Source of the DNA: an uncultured virus (IMG/VR IMGVR_UViG_2061766007_000883)
Taxonomy: Duplodnaviria > Heunggongvirae > Uroviricota > Caudoviricetes
IMG/VR virus record: IMGVR_UViG_2061766007_000883
Strand: one strand, 5' to 3'
Length of the DNA stretch: 64,000 nt
Positions 9,888 to 21,518 of this stretch are shown piece after piece. The notes under the pieces were generated by a model. It had not been told where the DNA came from, made no database searches, and saw nothing but the letters and a program-made list of their open reading frames with translations. Numbering within the stretch: position 1 is the first letter of the stretch; every line of letters begins with the position of its first letter. A program made the position numbers and the translations under genes.

Positions 9888-11804
9888 ATGGCACTGCAAA
9901 ACGACATACTCAGCACACGGAAGACGCCGCCGAGCGCCATGCCGAACCCGTTCCGCACGTTTGCGGAATGGATATATCCGCGTTCCATGACCGACGTGTT
10001 CATCTGGGCGGCGTTCCTGTGGGAGCGCAACCCGAAGTACCGCACGTGCATCCAGCGCGTCGTGTCCTACTTCCTAGCAGGCGTGAAGGTGAGACAGGAC
10101 GGCGGGACGGACAAGGTGGACTCCAAGACGCAGGACGAGTTCTCCGACCTGCTGGACGATACATACGACCTCATCGAAATCTGCCAGCAGTTCGGAGAGG
10201 AGCTTGCGGGAATGGGAAACGTGTTCGTGTCCGTCGACCGCATCTTCTCGCGTGAGTTGCTATGCCCCACGGAGGGCTGTGGCTGGCAGATGCACTTGAA
10301 AGGCCTGCGCAAAGGCGTGGAGTATGACTGGGACGGGGCGCACTTCACGGGCGTATGCCCCAGATGCGGCCATAAAGTCCAGTGGAAGATAAAGGACGTC
10401 AAGGCGGACGATCCGGACGGCACGAAACTGAGGTTCGTGTTCCGCTCGGCCGAGGACATGCGTGTCCAGTACAACCGTCTGACCAACACGTACAAGTACC
10501 TGTACAAGGTGCCGTCCGACGTGATGGACGCCATCAAGCGCGGCGACTCTGTCTATCTGGAAGATTCGCCTCAGGTGTTCCTTGACGCGGCCGCCACGAA
10601 CGAGCCGTTCGTCGAGTTCCCGGAGGAGAACTTCTTCGCCATGCGGACGCACACCCTGTCGGCTCTGGACAAATACTATAAGGGCTGGGGAGCCCCCCTG
10701 TTCCTCGTGGCGTTCGACAACATCGTCCGCCTTCAGCACCTCAACAAGTTCAACGAGGTTGTGCTGTTCAACTACATCATCCCGACGCAGATCATCAGTC
10801 CGCGTCCTGAGAACCTGCAGGCAGGGCTCACCGACCCGAACCGCATGTCGCTCAGCGGTTTCGCGTTCCGGTCGTTCATGTCGCAGGCGTTCCGCCATGT
10901 CAAGACGAACCCGTCCCAGACCATCATCTCCCCTGTGTCCGTGGAGTACACCCGTGTCGGCGGCGACAAGGACTGCATCCCGGCAGACCTCATGGAATAC
11001 GAAATGACGCAGTTCCTGGCGGACACGGGCATCCCGCAGGAGTTCAAGTCCACGACCTTTCAGGCGGTCGCCCCGTCCATGGGGCTCCGCATGTTCGAGA
11101 AGGAGTGGATTCGCTTTGCCAAGAGCATGAACAAGTTCGTCAAGTGGGCATCCATGCATATCGCACGGGCGCACAACTACGAGAACATGGTGGCGTCCCT
11201 CGACACGACGTCGTTTGTCGAGGACGACATGAACAAGCAAATCCAGCTGACGTTGATGCAGGGCCAGCTCATCGCCAAGACCCCCGTGCTCAAGCGCTAC
11301 GGCGTGGACTTCGACGAGGACCTCAAGCAGCGCATGCAGGAACAGCAGGCAGAGCAGGATGCCGGTATCAACCTCCAGCAGACGCAGGAGAACGCCGAGA
11401 TGGTCGGCTCCGTCGTGCCGCCCGGCGCGGCTCCCGGTATCGGGCAGGCGCAGGCCAACATCGACGCCATGCAACAGCAGGCGCAAGGCCAGCCCGCCCA
11501 GCCCGGCATGCCCGCACAGCCCGCCATGCCTGCTCCTCCCGCAGGAGCCGCTGGCGCTCCGCAGATGGCTATGCCGTTCAACGAGAGCAACTCGCCGTCG
11601 GCGGCGGGAGAACAGCTGTTCGAGCAGGCGAACCAGATTGCGCAGCAGCTGTATAACGCGCCTGAGGCTGTCCGCAGGAGCGAGCTCGCCAAGCTGAAGT
11701 CCTCCAACTGGCAGCTGCACGCGCAGGTGACGCAGATGCTGAAAGACATGCGCCAGCAGGTGGCGTCGGAGGCCGTCATGCAGTCGCAGCAACCGCAGGG
11801 GTGA
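9888..11804 (+). CDS. Probable portal protein
   Basis: 638 aa, helical; 'YYKGWGAPL' clip/stem-like segment, inserted CxxxxC/CxxC Zn ribbon, Q/P/A-rich C-terminal tail; starts the structural block. Confidence 0.6.
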   Translation: MALQNDILSTRKTPPSAMPNPFRTFAEWIYPRSMTDVFIWAAFLWERNPKYRTCIQRVVSYFLAGVKVRQDGGTDKVDSKTQDEFSDLLDDTYDLIEICQQFGEELAGMGNVFVSVDRIFSRELLCPTEGCGWQMHLKGLRKGVEYDWDGAHFTGVCPRCGHKVQWKIKDVKADDPDGTKLRFVFRSAEDMRVQYNRLTNTYKYLYKVPSDVMDAIKRGDSVYLEDSPQVFLDAAATNEPFVEFPEENFFAMRTHTLSALDKYYKGWGAPLFLVAFDNIVRLQHLNKFNEVVLFNYIIPTQIISPRPENLQAGLTDPNRMSLSGFAFRSFMSQAFRHVKTNPSQTIISPVSVEYTRVGGDKDCIPADLMEYEMTQFLADTGIPQEFKSTTFQAVAPSMGLRMFEKEWIRFAKSMNKFVKWASMHIARAHNYENMVASLDTTSFVEDDMNKQIQLTLMQGQLIAKTPVLKRYGVDFDEDLKQRMQEQQAEQDAGINLQQTQENAEMVGSVVPPGAAPGIGQAQANIDAMQQQAQGQPAQPGMPAQPAMPAPPAGAAGAPQMAMPFNESNSPSAAGEQLFEQANQIAQQLYNAPEAVRRSELAKLKSSNWQLHAQVTQMLKDMRQQVASEAVMQSQQPQG

Positions 11805-11808
11805 CACC

Positions 11809-14657
11809 ATGGGACTATACAAGACAGCGTTAGGCGAATACATGTCCAACATGGGGCGCAACAAGCCGCCGACCATGGCCAAGGAGTTCCCTGTGCTTGA
11901 GAGCCTTGGCGCGTCCAAGGAGCAGGCGGACAGCTACTGGAACCAGCGTCACAAGGAGCTGTCCAGCATGGCCGACAAGGCCTCGCAGGGCGGCGGCGGT
12001 GACGATTTCCGCCAGCAGTACATGCAACGGCACCAGAAGCTGGAGCCGTGGAAGTACGACCGTGCCTATTCGGAGTCCGTGGCGCAGGAAGGCGCACAGC
12101 AGGCGCAGAGAGACATCGCAAACCATACCGGGTGGAAGGCAGGCATGCGTGCAGGCTACCATTCCAGCAGAGGTGTATTCGGCAAGCAATTGCTGAATCT
12201 GCCAGGCGCCCTGGGGTATATGACAAGGTTCGGCGGTCCCATCGCGGATTTGCGCGACATGTGGCTTGCACGGCACTACGTGGACACGGACTGGCTGAAC
12301 AAGGTGCAGAACATCCAGTCGAACGATCCGCTGGAGGTCATCCGTCGTGCCGGCTACCGTCAGGCGGCCAACGAAGGAACACGCGATGAACTCAACACGC
12401 TTACGCGGCAGGAAGCAGGTGCCGCCCATCTGGAAGGCCAGCTGTTCGACAGTACGCTGGGCGTGGTCGTGAACCCTGTCCTGCGGCATCTGCCCGGAAA
12501 CATGAAACGCCAGGATTTCGCCCAGTGGATGACAGGACGCTCCACGGACGAGCAAGCCATGGACTACACGCAGATGGCCGTTGAGGACTTTGGCGAGGAA
12601 GCAGGCCGCAGGGCCGCCCAATGGCTGCGTGCGGCAGGGCTTGTAACGTATGTGGCAGGCGCTGTCGGTTCATCCATTCTCGGAGGCATGGCGCTAAAGG
12701 CTGTCGGCGGTGGCCTGCAGGTGCTGAATGCCGCGCATGGCGCGACCACCGCGCTGGCTCCTGTGTCAAGGGGCATGCAGATAGCCAATGGCGTGTACAA
12801 CGGCGTACGCATGGCGCAGCCAATGTCACGAGGCGCTGCCGCGATGCATGTGCTGGGCAACGGACTATGGAATGCTGCCAAGGCCGTGCCGTCCGCACAG
12901 CGACTGGCGGGTGGATTGCATGCCACGTCGCAGTTGGTGACCGAGGGCGGGATGACGAACAACAAGTGGCGACAAGGCGCGGGCAACATCCTGGACATGG
13001 CCAGCGACATCGCGGCGTATGGGCCTGCGTTCGAGGCAGGCGNNNNNNNNNNNNNNNNNNNNNNNNNNNNNNNNNNNNNNNCACGGTGCCGGGCATGCGT
13101 TGGGCGTCATCGGTGACGGACATCACAGGCCGACCTGTCACGGGATTCATGGAAGCAGCTGCAAAGCTGGCCTACAGAGGCGTGGTCAAGGACATCGGCT
13201 ACGGCATCAAGAACGGCATCATCAGCGACGGCGTGGCATTGACGGAAGGACGTAAACCGTATGGGCATATATACCAAAGGTATGCTCCATTCATGACGTG
13301 GCATCTTCCTTCCATGATTGGCGCACCCATCCTGAGCAAGAACGACAACATGGCCACCATGATTAATGCAGGCAAGGCCATGGAAATGCAGCAGCAGGTC
13401 ATGGACCAGTACATGGCAGATCCCGACTTCGTGGCGCAAATGAAGATGCAGATGGGCGATCCGAACATGCCTGATTCCAAAGTCCGCGAAATCCTGCCAG
13501 AGATACTGGCCGGCGAGCGGTATGAGAACACGATGATGGCTGTCTGCCAGAAGCTGGACGACAAGTTCGACTGGGCGAAAGCCACGCCTGAGGAATACAA
13601 GGCGAAGTGGGATTCGTTCACGCCTGAACAGAAGGCGGACGCGACCTACAGCGTGTACCGTGGCGAGGCGGTCATGGGCGGCTACGTGTCGCCCGTCATG
13701 TTCTCGGACAAGAACCTGTCGCAGGAGCAGCGCAAGAATCTGCTCAAACTCTACATCCAGTCGGAAGACAACGCCAATGGCGGCACGATTGTCGGTCAGG
13801 CGTTCCGTGGCGGCCAGCGAGTGGCGCTCGACGCCATGAAGAACCTGCCGCAGACCCGCAAGGCGGTCATCAGCTATGCGCAGGGCGTCGTGCGCGACAT
13901 GCTGGAAGACCCGACCAAGATGGGCGGCATGGACATGGACGACGATACGAAGCAGATTTTAGAGGCTCTGAGCGCAACGGAACGGCAGGAAATCATGCAG
14001 CCGCTCATGACGGCGACTCCTGAGCAGATAATGGCGCTGCAGCGCAGCATGAAGACGTCACCCGGAAGCCCGCTTGCACGTGCAGGCGAGGAGGTCATCA
14101 TGGACCGCATCCGGACGGACGGCAACTTCGCGGCCGAGTTCCTGCCGGAGTATGCCAAAGGCGTGCAGAACGGCGACGGCATCAGCCCAGAGGACTCGGC
14201 AAGGATGCTGGAGTTCGCCAAGAGCATGGACCCCGACACGCTGTTCGCGTCCATGGACGACGACAAGTTCCGCTCGTTCACACGATGGGCGCTGGACGGT
14301 TCCAAAGGCGGGATGCTGGACGACATGCCGGAGGACGAGCGCGCGGAATTCATGGCCAAGTTCACGGATGCGGCGAAGACCCGCGTGTGGGACATGGTCA
14401 AGAAAGACCCGTTGAGGAACATGCCTGTCGCCGCGTCCATGTGGGCGGCCTCCAAGGGCTGGACTTCTGTCGGAGCGGCTTTGGACAACCCGATGGTGTT
14501 CTACGGCACGCTGGCGCTGCTTTTGACAGGGCTGGCATGGCTCGGCGGAGGCCTGTTCAGCGACACGGACGAGGGAGACGCCGTTGTGGACAACCGCCAG
14601 GCCGTTGCGCTGTCCGACAGGCAGCGTGAACTTCTGATGAAGGATTTGAGACTATGA
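11809..14657 (+). CDS. Large putative internal virion/ejection protein with hydrophobic segments; joined across N-gap
   Basis: Leader 'MGLYKTA'; Gly/Ala-rich hydrophobic middle; C-terminal TM 'VFYGTLALLLTGLAWLGGGLF'. Confidence 0.55.
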
Positions 14658-15463
14658 GCAAGGACAATCCCATATCGACAGCATACAACTGGTATACGCA
14701 GCACGGGCCGTCGCCCTTGGCCACGGCAGGCATTGTAGCTCTATTGGCCTACGCCAAGAACAGGGCGCTATGGGGACCGTCCGTGGAAACGCTGCGCTCC
14801 CTCGGCCGCCCGTTCGGCCGGGGCGTGTACGGCGGAGGCGCACAAGGCGATGCGGAATGGAACGCCGCCATGGACGACTTGAAGAACAATTCACGCGCCA
14901 GGCAGATTGTTCCTGCGGCATTCGCCCTGATGGCCGGCGGAGGGTTGCTCGGACTGATGGCCGACCCCGGCAAGAAGAACTGGGGGCTCCTCAGCTGGAA
15001 CGCGCCGTCCAAGCCTATAGNNNNNNNNNNNNNNNNNNNNNNGCCTGCCACGACGTTGTTCAAGACCGCGTCTTATCTTACGGATAGCTATGTCGACAAC
15101 CTCGACTGGTCCAAGTCCATCAACGGCACGGATGCGCGTCGGCTGTTCAGCAACGACCCGTGGCTGGCGAACGAACCGTACATCCGTCATCTTGGCGGCT
15201 CCATCGTGGCGGGCGCGTCCCTTGAATCAGGTTCTAGAAACCCCACGCTGGGCAACATCTTCGACAATGCTGTCCGCAAGATGGAGAACAAGCTGACGTG
15301 GAGCGGCGTGACGGATTTGGCGGTCAAGTCCGCCGTGGCCAACNNNNNNNNNNNNNNNNNNNNNGGGGCGCTGGACGCGATGGTCGGCCTCGACCCGCGC
15401 ATGCGCCAGAGCCTCGTGGACGCTGGGACTTGGGCAGGAGCTATAACATCCATTTTAGACTAG
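14654..15463 (+). CDS. Putative virion membrane-active protein
   Basis: ATGA overlap; hydrophobic Gly-rich helices; internal KTAS motif. Confidence 0.6.
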   Translation: MSKDNPISTAYNWYTQHGPSPLATAGIVALLAYAKNRALWGPSVETLRSLGRPFGRGVYGGGAQGDAEWNAAMDDLKNNSRARQIVPAAFALMAGGGLLGLMADPGKKNWGLLSWNAPSKPIXXXXXXXXPATTLFKTASYLTDSYVDNLDWSKSINGTDARRLFSNDPWLANEPYIRHLGGSIVAGASLESGSRNPTLGNIFDNAVRKMENKLTWSGVTDLAVKSAVANXXXXXXXGALDAMVGLDPRMRQSLVDAGTWAGAITSILD

Positions 15464-15472
15464 GAAGACACT

Positions 15473-15829
15473 ATGAGCATTCGTGAATCCATATACGGCA
15501 TGGGCGAACCTCCGGCGGCTCCGATGCAGAAACAGGCCGGAATGTCCGACTTGCTTCCCACATGGGGAGACATCCATCGGACGATTTCCGACTTGGGAGC
15601 CACCTTCTCGACTTATCTTCTGGCTGCGGCCATGGGACTTGGCGGCACGGCAGGATATCTTGGCGCCAAGATGACGGCGCACGGCGACCGTGACATCGAC
15701 ACGGCCCGCAAATCGTACGACAACCAGCGTCTGCGTGCCGACCTCGGCTATCTGAGCGGAAAAGTCCGCCAGGAGTTCGACGCGCAACAGCGCCAGCAGG
15801 CACCTAAGCCGGCGAGGGTCATCGCATGA
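15473..15829 (+). CDS. Small glycine-zipper virion protein
   Basis: 'KQAG' motif; 'LLAAAMGLGGTAGYLGA'. Confidence 0.65.
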   Translation: MSIRESIYGMGEPPAAPMQKQAGMSDLLPTWGDIHRTISDLGATFSTYLLAAAMGLGGTAGYLGAKMTAHGDRDIDTARKSYDNQRLRADLGYLSGKVRQEFDAQQRQQAPKPARVIA

Positions 15830-16305
15830 CGAAGAAGCCCCCGAAAGTCCAGTTCCCGACATCGCGCTTCGGCCAGGTGCTGTCCGCAGACGACGCGACT
15901 GTTGCGTCCATGCCGAACATCCTCCAGCAGGATGACATGCTGCCGAAAGCAGGCATCGACGACACAGGCAACGCCCTGTGGAGCTACCGCAACGAGCACA
16001 AAATCAACGGCTATGTCGTGGACGAGCCGTACCGTGACCTCAAGATAGACCGTGACGATATGCTCTCCGTTGCGTTCCGTCCGGAAATCAAGCCGCACTC
16101 CGTCCTGTTCAGGCTCTGTCCTGAGAACAAGGAGGACAACGAGGCTTATGAAAAACTGCTGCAAGGCACGACGGACGGCACCATCGACATCGTGGACGAG
16201 ACGTGCCAGTTCGACGCGGCCAAGTCCTGCTACCTGGTCTGGGTGCGCTACAAGGAAGTCAAGTATGTCCTCCATCCGAGGTTCAATTATCTACTAGAGG
16301 AATGA
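15826..16305 (+). CDS. Hypothetical protein
   Basis: ATGA-coupled ORF with typical codon usage. Confidence 0.7.
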   Translation: MTKKPPKVQFPTSRFGQVLSADDATVASMPNILQQDDMLPKAGIDDTGNALWSYRNEHKINGYVVDEPYRDLKIDRDDMLSVAFRPEIKPHSVLFRLCPENKEDNEAYEKLLQGTTDGTIDIVDETCQFDAAKSCYLVWVRYKEVKYVLHPRFNYLLEE

Positions 16306-17260
16306 CCATGATGAACAAACAAGCGGCTCCGCTGGNNNNNNNNNNNNNNNNNNTGTCGCCTCTGATGGGCGGCGGCGACAAGTATCCTGAGTTCATGGCC
16401 AATATGTTCCCTACGTCGCCCAAGGCGGCGTGGCTGACATCCAAGGTCGGAGCCATCGGGTTGCTTGCCGCCGGCTTGTTCGGCGCGGCGCGTCTGGCGC
16501 AGCACGCCAACCGCATGGCCGACCTGCGGGATGCGGACGACCCTGCCGAAAAGCTGACATCGCAGATTGGCACCACGTTTGAAGTCCCGCTCGGCAAGCA
16601 TGCCGCGTTCAACGGCATTCCCACGCAGTCCATCGCCCTGCCTGATGCGCTCAGCACGCAGAACATCACCAACGCGGCGTTGCCGATTGGCGCGGCGTTG
16701 CTGGCGGCGGNNNNNNNNNNNNNNNNNNNNNNNNNNNNNNNNNGACGCAACAAGGCGCTTGGAAAGGCCATCCAGGGCAAGAGCAACACCATCCGCGACC
16801 TGATGCGCGTCCGCGCCCGTATCGCGAAAGGCCTGGCAACGAAAGCTGAAGTCGACAAGGTGCTGTCCAATGTGGTAGCCGAAGACAACTACGTGAAGAC
16901 AGCGTCAGGCGAAGGNNNNNNNNNNNNNNNNNNNNNNNGTCCAATCCGGACAAGGAGCACAACGTGATCCGCGCAGGCTGGACAGGCCTTGGACTGCTGG
17001 TGCTGGCCTTGGCGGGAGCCACGGGTGTCGGTGCCTACAAGTATTTCAAGGCGGCAGACCCAGGCAACATCAAGTACGACGCTGTCAAGCGCGGCCTGAA
17101 CGACTATGCGCGGAACAAGACGCACATGACCCCCATCACGACCATTCCGACAGACGCCGGCGCATACTTCCAGAGTATCGACGACGGCGCGAAGAAGCCA
17201 TCTCCGCGTGACATGCCCGAACAGGAGCACAAGCTGACACCCATTACCGTGACCGTCTAA
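16302..17260 (+). CDS. Putative virion membrane protein with K-x-A-delimited modules; joined across N-gaps
   Basis: KQAA, KHAA and KTAS each precede a Gly/Ala-rich TM-like segment. Confidence 0.55.
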
Positions 17261-17261
17261 C

Positions 17262-18047
17262 ATGACACAGCAGATAAAGCCAAATCCTATGCAGACGCCC
17301 GCCGTGCCCGTGCCGAAGAAGCCCACGGCGGAGCAGACGACTGGGGCCCTTGCGAACATGGCGAGGGCGCAGCAGCAGTTCATCGCGGACGTCTTGACCA
17401 AGAAGCCCACGCACATCTACCGGCTGGACGACTACAACGCCATCCGCCAGTCTTTGTTCGATAACGTCAAGGATGCAGTCCAGCGGCGTTTTCCGTTATA
17501 CAACGACAGATTCTCGCTGGGTGTGGAAAATGTGGACTACGATGACCCTGACGACTACGACGTGGACGTGCAGAAGGACGCCCTGCTTGAAGGGCGTTCC
17601 ATCACGCGTCGGCTTCGCGGCGAGTGGGTGCTGCGCAACGCGGACGGCAAGGAGGTTTCCCGCACACGGCGCATGACGCTGATGCGTGTACCGTTCATGA
17701 CAGGACGCGGCACGTTCATCCGCAACGGCCGTGAATACGCGTTCACGAACATCATGCGACTTGAGCCTGGTGTCTACACGAAGCGCAAGAACGACGAGAT
17801 TTCAGCCCAGTTCAACATCAAGCAGGGCACAGGACCCGGTTTCAGCATGCTGTTGAACCCCAACACAGGTGTCTTCCAGATACGTCGCGGCACGGCTAAC
17901 GCCCCCGCTTATGTAGTGTTCCATGACATGGGAATAACAGACGAGCAGATGGAGAAGGCCTGGGGCAAGGAACTGTTTCAGAAGAACAAGGAAGCGGGTG
18001 CGGGAGACAAGGCGAGACAAGCCGCGTCACGCATCTACAACATGTAA
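17262..18047 (+). CDS. rpoB: DNA-directed RNA polymerase beta subunit, N-terminal fragment
   Basis: 'MRVPFMTGRGTFIRNGREYAFTNIMRLEPGVY' matches RpoB 'IPLMT..GTF.ING.ERV.VSQL.RSPGV'; own stop at 18047. Confidence 0.85.
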   Translation: MTQQIKPNPMQTPAVPVPKKPTAEQTTGALANMARAQQQFIADVLTKKPTHIYRLDDYNAIRQSLFDNVKDAVQRRFPLYNDRFSLGVENVDYDDPDDYDVDVQKDALLEGRSITRRLRGEWVLRNADGKEVSRTRRMTLMRVPFMTGRGTFIRNGREYAFTNIMRLEPGVYTKRKNDEISAQFNIKQGTGPGFSMLLNPNTGVFQIRRGTANAPAYVVFHDMGITDEQMEKAWGKELFQKNKEAGAGDKARQAASRIYNM

Positions 18048-18058
18048 GGAAAAGAACG

Positions 18059-18389
18059 ATGAGCGAACAGAATCAATGGAATCCGAAGACTTTGCAGGAC
18101 CGTCTTCTGTGCCGTACGCTTGGCATTGTCACGCCGGGCATGGCGAAGACCGCATCCGAGAAACCCATCAATCCGGTTCTCGTGAACGCCGCGTTGCGTA
18201 TCAACGCCGTCCGTAGCTCCTACGGGTTGAAAAAGACAGCTGGCGCACGTCTGATGGCCGGTCTTGTCATGGGCGACGAGCTGATGGTCAAGGTGGCCGC
18301 GCTCGGCTTGCAGATGAAGCAGGCTCGTGAGGCCGCCGAAAAGGCCAANNNNNNNNNNNNNNNNNNNNNNNGAACAACCTGCCAAATAA
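18059..18389 (+). CDS. Small K-x-A-rich virion protein (end inferred across gap)
   Basis: KTAS, KTAG, KVAA and KQAR motifs. Confidence 0.5.
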
Positions 18390-18401
18390 TGGAGGTGCGG
18401 T

Positions 18402-19181
18402 ATGCGAATCACTTATAAACAGGCTGTTGGACTTGTAAAACAGGCCGGCATCTACGGTGACATTGCACGCTCCATGGCGGGCAACGTGGGTGCTGGCATG
18501 GTTGTCCCTTATGGTTCCGGGCTGGCCAGTCTAGGCGGAACCATCCACGGTATCGCCACGGAAGACCCTGAGACGGCAAAAGTCAATTCAGGCATGAACT
18601 GGATTCCAGCCTACGGCACCAGCCAGGTTGTCCAGCAGAGACGTAACCTGTCCAGACAGATGGGTAACTACGATGACAAGCTGACGGCGGCTTCCGAGCA
18701 GTTCGGTGGCCTTACGGCCAATATTCTTCCTGCGCTCCTGCTCGCCGGTCTAGGCGGATATGCTGGCTGGAAGTTCGGTGAAAAGCCTGCAAGGACAGCA
18801 GCCACGGAAATGGCGAAAGATCCGCACTCCGGTGTCACGAAAGCTGACATAGACAACATGACTAACGCCGGTCGGGTCGGCTCCGCTGGACTTGGTGCGG
18901 GCGTTGGTGCTATGGTTGGCGGGCTTGCCGGGCCGACGATGGGAACGCTGCTTGCGTTGCTACGCAGACGGCGTACGCCAGAGGAACAAAAGGCGTATGA
19001 ACAAGGCGGCAAGGCCATGAACTGGCTGATGCCAGGTGCGGCTGAGTACAACAAGTACAAGGCGCAGGGCTTCATCCACGGACAGCAAGTCGAAGCCGAC
19101 CGAAAGAACAAGGAAGGCGGCGACAACAAGGAAGACGATAAGAAAAAGAAGCCGGAAGACAAGAAGGAAGAAAAGAAATGA
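18402..19181 (+). CDS. Leader-bearing glycine-zipper membrane protein
   Basis: GGAGG RBS; 'MRITYKQAVGLVKQAG'; 'GSAGLGAGVGAMVGGLAG'. Confidence 0.75.
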   Translation: MRITYKQAVGLVKQAGIYGDIARSMAGNVGAGMVVPYGSGLASLGGTIHGIATEDPETAKVNSGMNWIPAYGTSQVVQQRRNLSRQMGNYDDKLTAASEQFGGLTANILPALLLAGLGGYAGWKFGEKPARTAATEMAKDPHSGVTKADIDNMTNAGRVGSAGLGAGVGAMVGGLAGPTMGTLLALLRRRRTPEEQKAYEQGGKAMNWLMPGAAEYNKYKAQGFIHGQQVEADRKNKEGGDNKEDDKKKKPEDKKEEKK

Positions 19182-19563
19182 CGTACAAAGAAGCGGTGGC
19201 ACTTGTAAAGCAGGCGGCTGTCATGGAGTCGCCTGTGGCCGAAGGCTTGCGGGAGCTGGCGTCGTCCTATGACAATGCTGGCAAATGGGGGATTGGCGAC
19301 CGGCTGATGTCCATGGAACCAGGTCTTACCAATATCTACAACCGAATGGCCAGNNNNNNNNNNNNNNNNNNNGCGGTGTGACAGCTGCTTCCATATACGG
19401 GCTGACGGGTTTGATTCCGAAGTTGAAGAAGTCGCGGCTGTTGCGGCTCATGCTCGCAGGCCTGGGCGGAGGGCTCGGATACACGGCAGGCAAGCTGGGC
19501 ATGGCGTACGCGATGCATCCGTACGATCCGAACTTCAACTACAAGGCATTGCCCGTTCGGTAA
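19178..19563 (+). CDS. Leader-bearing small membrane protein; joined across gap
   Basis: 'MTYKEAVALVKQAA'; 'LAGLGGGLGYTAG'. Confidence 0.6.
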
Positions 19564-19650
19564 CAACGATAATCGCCACACTGTTCCGACGGCGGACAAG
19601 CAAAGGGCAGGCGGATATCCGCATGCCCTTCATTTTAGGAGACAACGACC

Positions 19651-20045
19651 ATGATGAAATATGCAGAAGCAGTTGACCTGTACAAGAAATACTATGACGA
19701 GTACATGAACGACCCTAAACGAGTAAAACAGCGCAAGACTCTGTTTCGGTATGCGCAATTCCTGCCCATGCTTGGGTTAGGTGGCGTTGGTACGGGTATC
19801 GGCAGCGTCGTCGGCGGNNNNNNNNNNNNNNNNNNNNNGAGATTATAGACGGCAAAGCCGGTGACGATGCACGAGTTGGTGCCGCTGTAGGCGGTATCGG
19901 TGGCGGCTTGCTTGGCCTCATCATGGGTATCCATATGAAAAACAAGGCACGTGAAGCTCTTGAAATCCAACACCGAGACGAAGCCTGGCGTTATGCGGCA
20001 GCATTATCCGGTCGTGTCCGTATGAATGGTACGACACTGTTGTAG
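19651..20045 (+). CDS. Leader-like glycine-zipper protein; joined across gap
   Basis: AGGAG RBS; 'MMKYAEAVDLYKK'; post-gap frame reads 'VGAAVGGIGGGLLGLIMG' to TAG at 20045. Confidence 0.6.
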
Positions 20046-20056
20046 GGAGATGTCTG

Positions 20057-20797
20057 ATGGGCAAATACAACTTCAAAGACGCGATCAGAGAACTTAAAAA
20101 TATGTTCTCCACGCCTGAGTTCAAATCGCATATCGCGCAGATGCCTCTTGTTTACATCGCCAACGGTGCGTCCATGTTGGCGGCCGCCATGCAAGGGCTT
20201 GGGGCAGCCAAGCTAGCCAGGTTCCGCTGGCTGGACAAGCAGCCTGTGTTCCGTAAGCAAGTGCAGGAAGCCTTGCGGATAAATGCCAACCGCATCCCTA
20301 AGACGACGGTCATTGCAACGTCGCCCGACGAAGTGTTAGACTTGGCTTCCAGGTACAATCTTAACTTTGGTGATCCAAAGGAAGCGTGGATGACGCATAC
20401 GCCGAAGATTGTGAAAGTGCCTGGAAGTGAGAACAGTGCAACGCTGAGGCGGTTGGAGCGACATCTGCAGGAGCAAGTAAAGACTGACTTGGTGAACGTA
20501 CCAAGAGATGAAAACAACACGGTTAATCTCCCGGCGATGCAGCATGAGCTTGGTCATGTGCAGGATTTTGGCGAGGGCAAAGCACAGCAAGACATGATGC
20601 AACCTCCAGCCAAACATGTGAAGGAATTATTCACAGGTATCGCAACGCCGGATGACACGGCGCTTGGGCGTATGGAAGTCCGTGCGTGGGAGAACGCAAG
20701 GGTTCCCGCAGGTCATCCTATGCGCGAGGCCGCGTTGGACACCTACAGGCACGTCCATCGGTACAGGCTTGCCCAGATGATAGCACAAGCGTTCTAG
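20057..20797 (+). CDS. Zincin-like metallopeptidase (HExxH)
   Basis: 'AMQHELGH' plus downstream 'MEVRAW' third-ligand motif. Confidence 0.7.
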   Translation: MGKYNFKDAIRELKNMFSTPEFKSHIAQMPLVYIANGASMLAAAMQGLGAAKLARFRWLDKQPVFRKQVQEALRINANRIPKTTVIATSPDEVLDLASRYNLNFGDPKEAWMTHTPKIVKVPGSENSATLRRLERHLQEQVKTDLVNVPRDENNTVNLPAMQHELGHVQDFGEGKAQQDMMQPPAKHVKELFTGIATPDDTALGRMEVRAWENARVPAGHPMREAALDTYRHVHRYRLAQMIAQAF

Positions 20798-20808
20798 CAT
20801 GAGTCGTC

Positions 20809-21476
20809 ATGCAATACAAGGAAGCAGTCAGAATGATTAAGCAGGCGGCGGACTTGCCGGATTGGGCAGGCCCGCTTATCGCGGGCGGCATAGGACTTGG
20901 TTCCCTCGGCATACTCGGTTTGGGGCATTACGTGGCAAAGAAGCGTAACGCGAAAGCCACGGAAGCCACGGCACGGCTTGAACGNNNNNNNNNNNNNNNN
21001 NNNNNNNNNNNNNNNNNNNNNNNNNNNNNNNNNNNNNNNNNNNNNNNNNGACGCCTGCCGAGCTGACGCGTTACAGCCGCAAGTTCAATTTGGACAGCGA
21101 CTGGCTGGATTCGCCGCATGACTACTGGATGATACCGCTGGTGTACGACGGCACCTACAGAGGAGCCATTGTGAACGCACCAAGGGATTCCAAGGGCACC
21201 GTAAGCCTGCCTGCGCTCCTGCATGAGGTAGGCCATGCCGTGGACTACGACAAGGGCGAGGGCATGAGGGCCGACGAATCGGGCTTCTTCCGGCGTATTG
21301 GCGACCGTTTCATCGGTGTCGTGTTCCCACGGCATACGGCGCTTGGCGGCAAGGAATACAGGGCGTGGGACTATTCAGGCATTCCTGAGGGCGACCCCGT
21401 GCGCGATTCGTCGTTGGACACCTACAACTGGGAGCTACGGACACGCCTGCTGCGTGACATCGCCCAGTGGATATGA
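20809..21476 (+). CDS. Leader-bearing TM-anchored zincin-like metallopeptidase; joined across gap
   Basis: 'MQYKEAVRMIKQAA', a TM helix, then 'ALLHEVGH...KEYRAW'; paralogous to 20057..20797. Confidence 0.6.
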
Positions 21477-21478
21477 TT

Positions 21479-21497
21479 TTTATACTCGGAGTATAAT
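21479..21497. promoter_or_regulatory. Palindromic site copy 3 (TTTATACTCGGAGTATAAT)
   Basis: Intergenic, just upstream of the ligase gene. Confidence 0.8.
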
Positions 21498-21518
21498 TTT
21501 GTAAATAGGATTTCAGAC

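Noticed and set aside
10260..11918. Long minus-strand ORFs (e.g. 10260..11918, 2111..3466, 53611..54699)
   Set aside because: Antisense shadows of GC3-rich plus-strand genes with no recognisable motifs.
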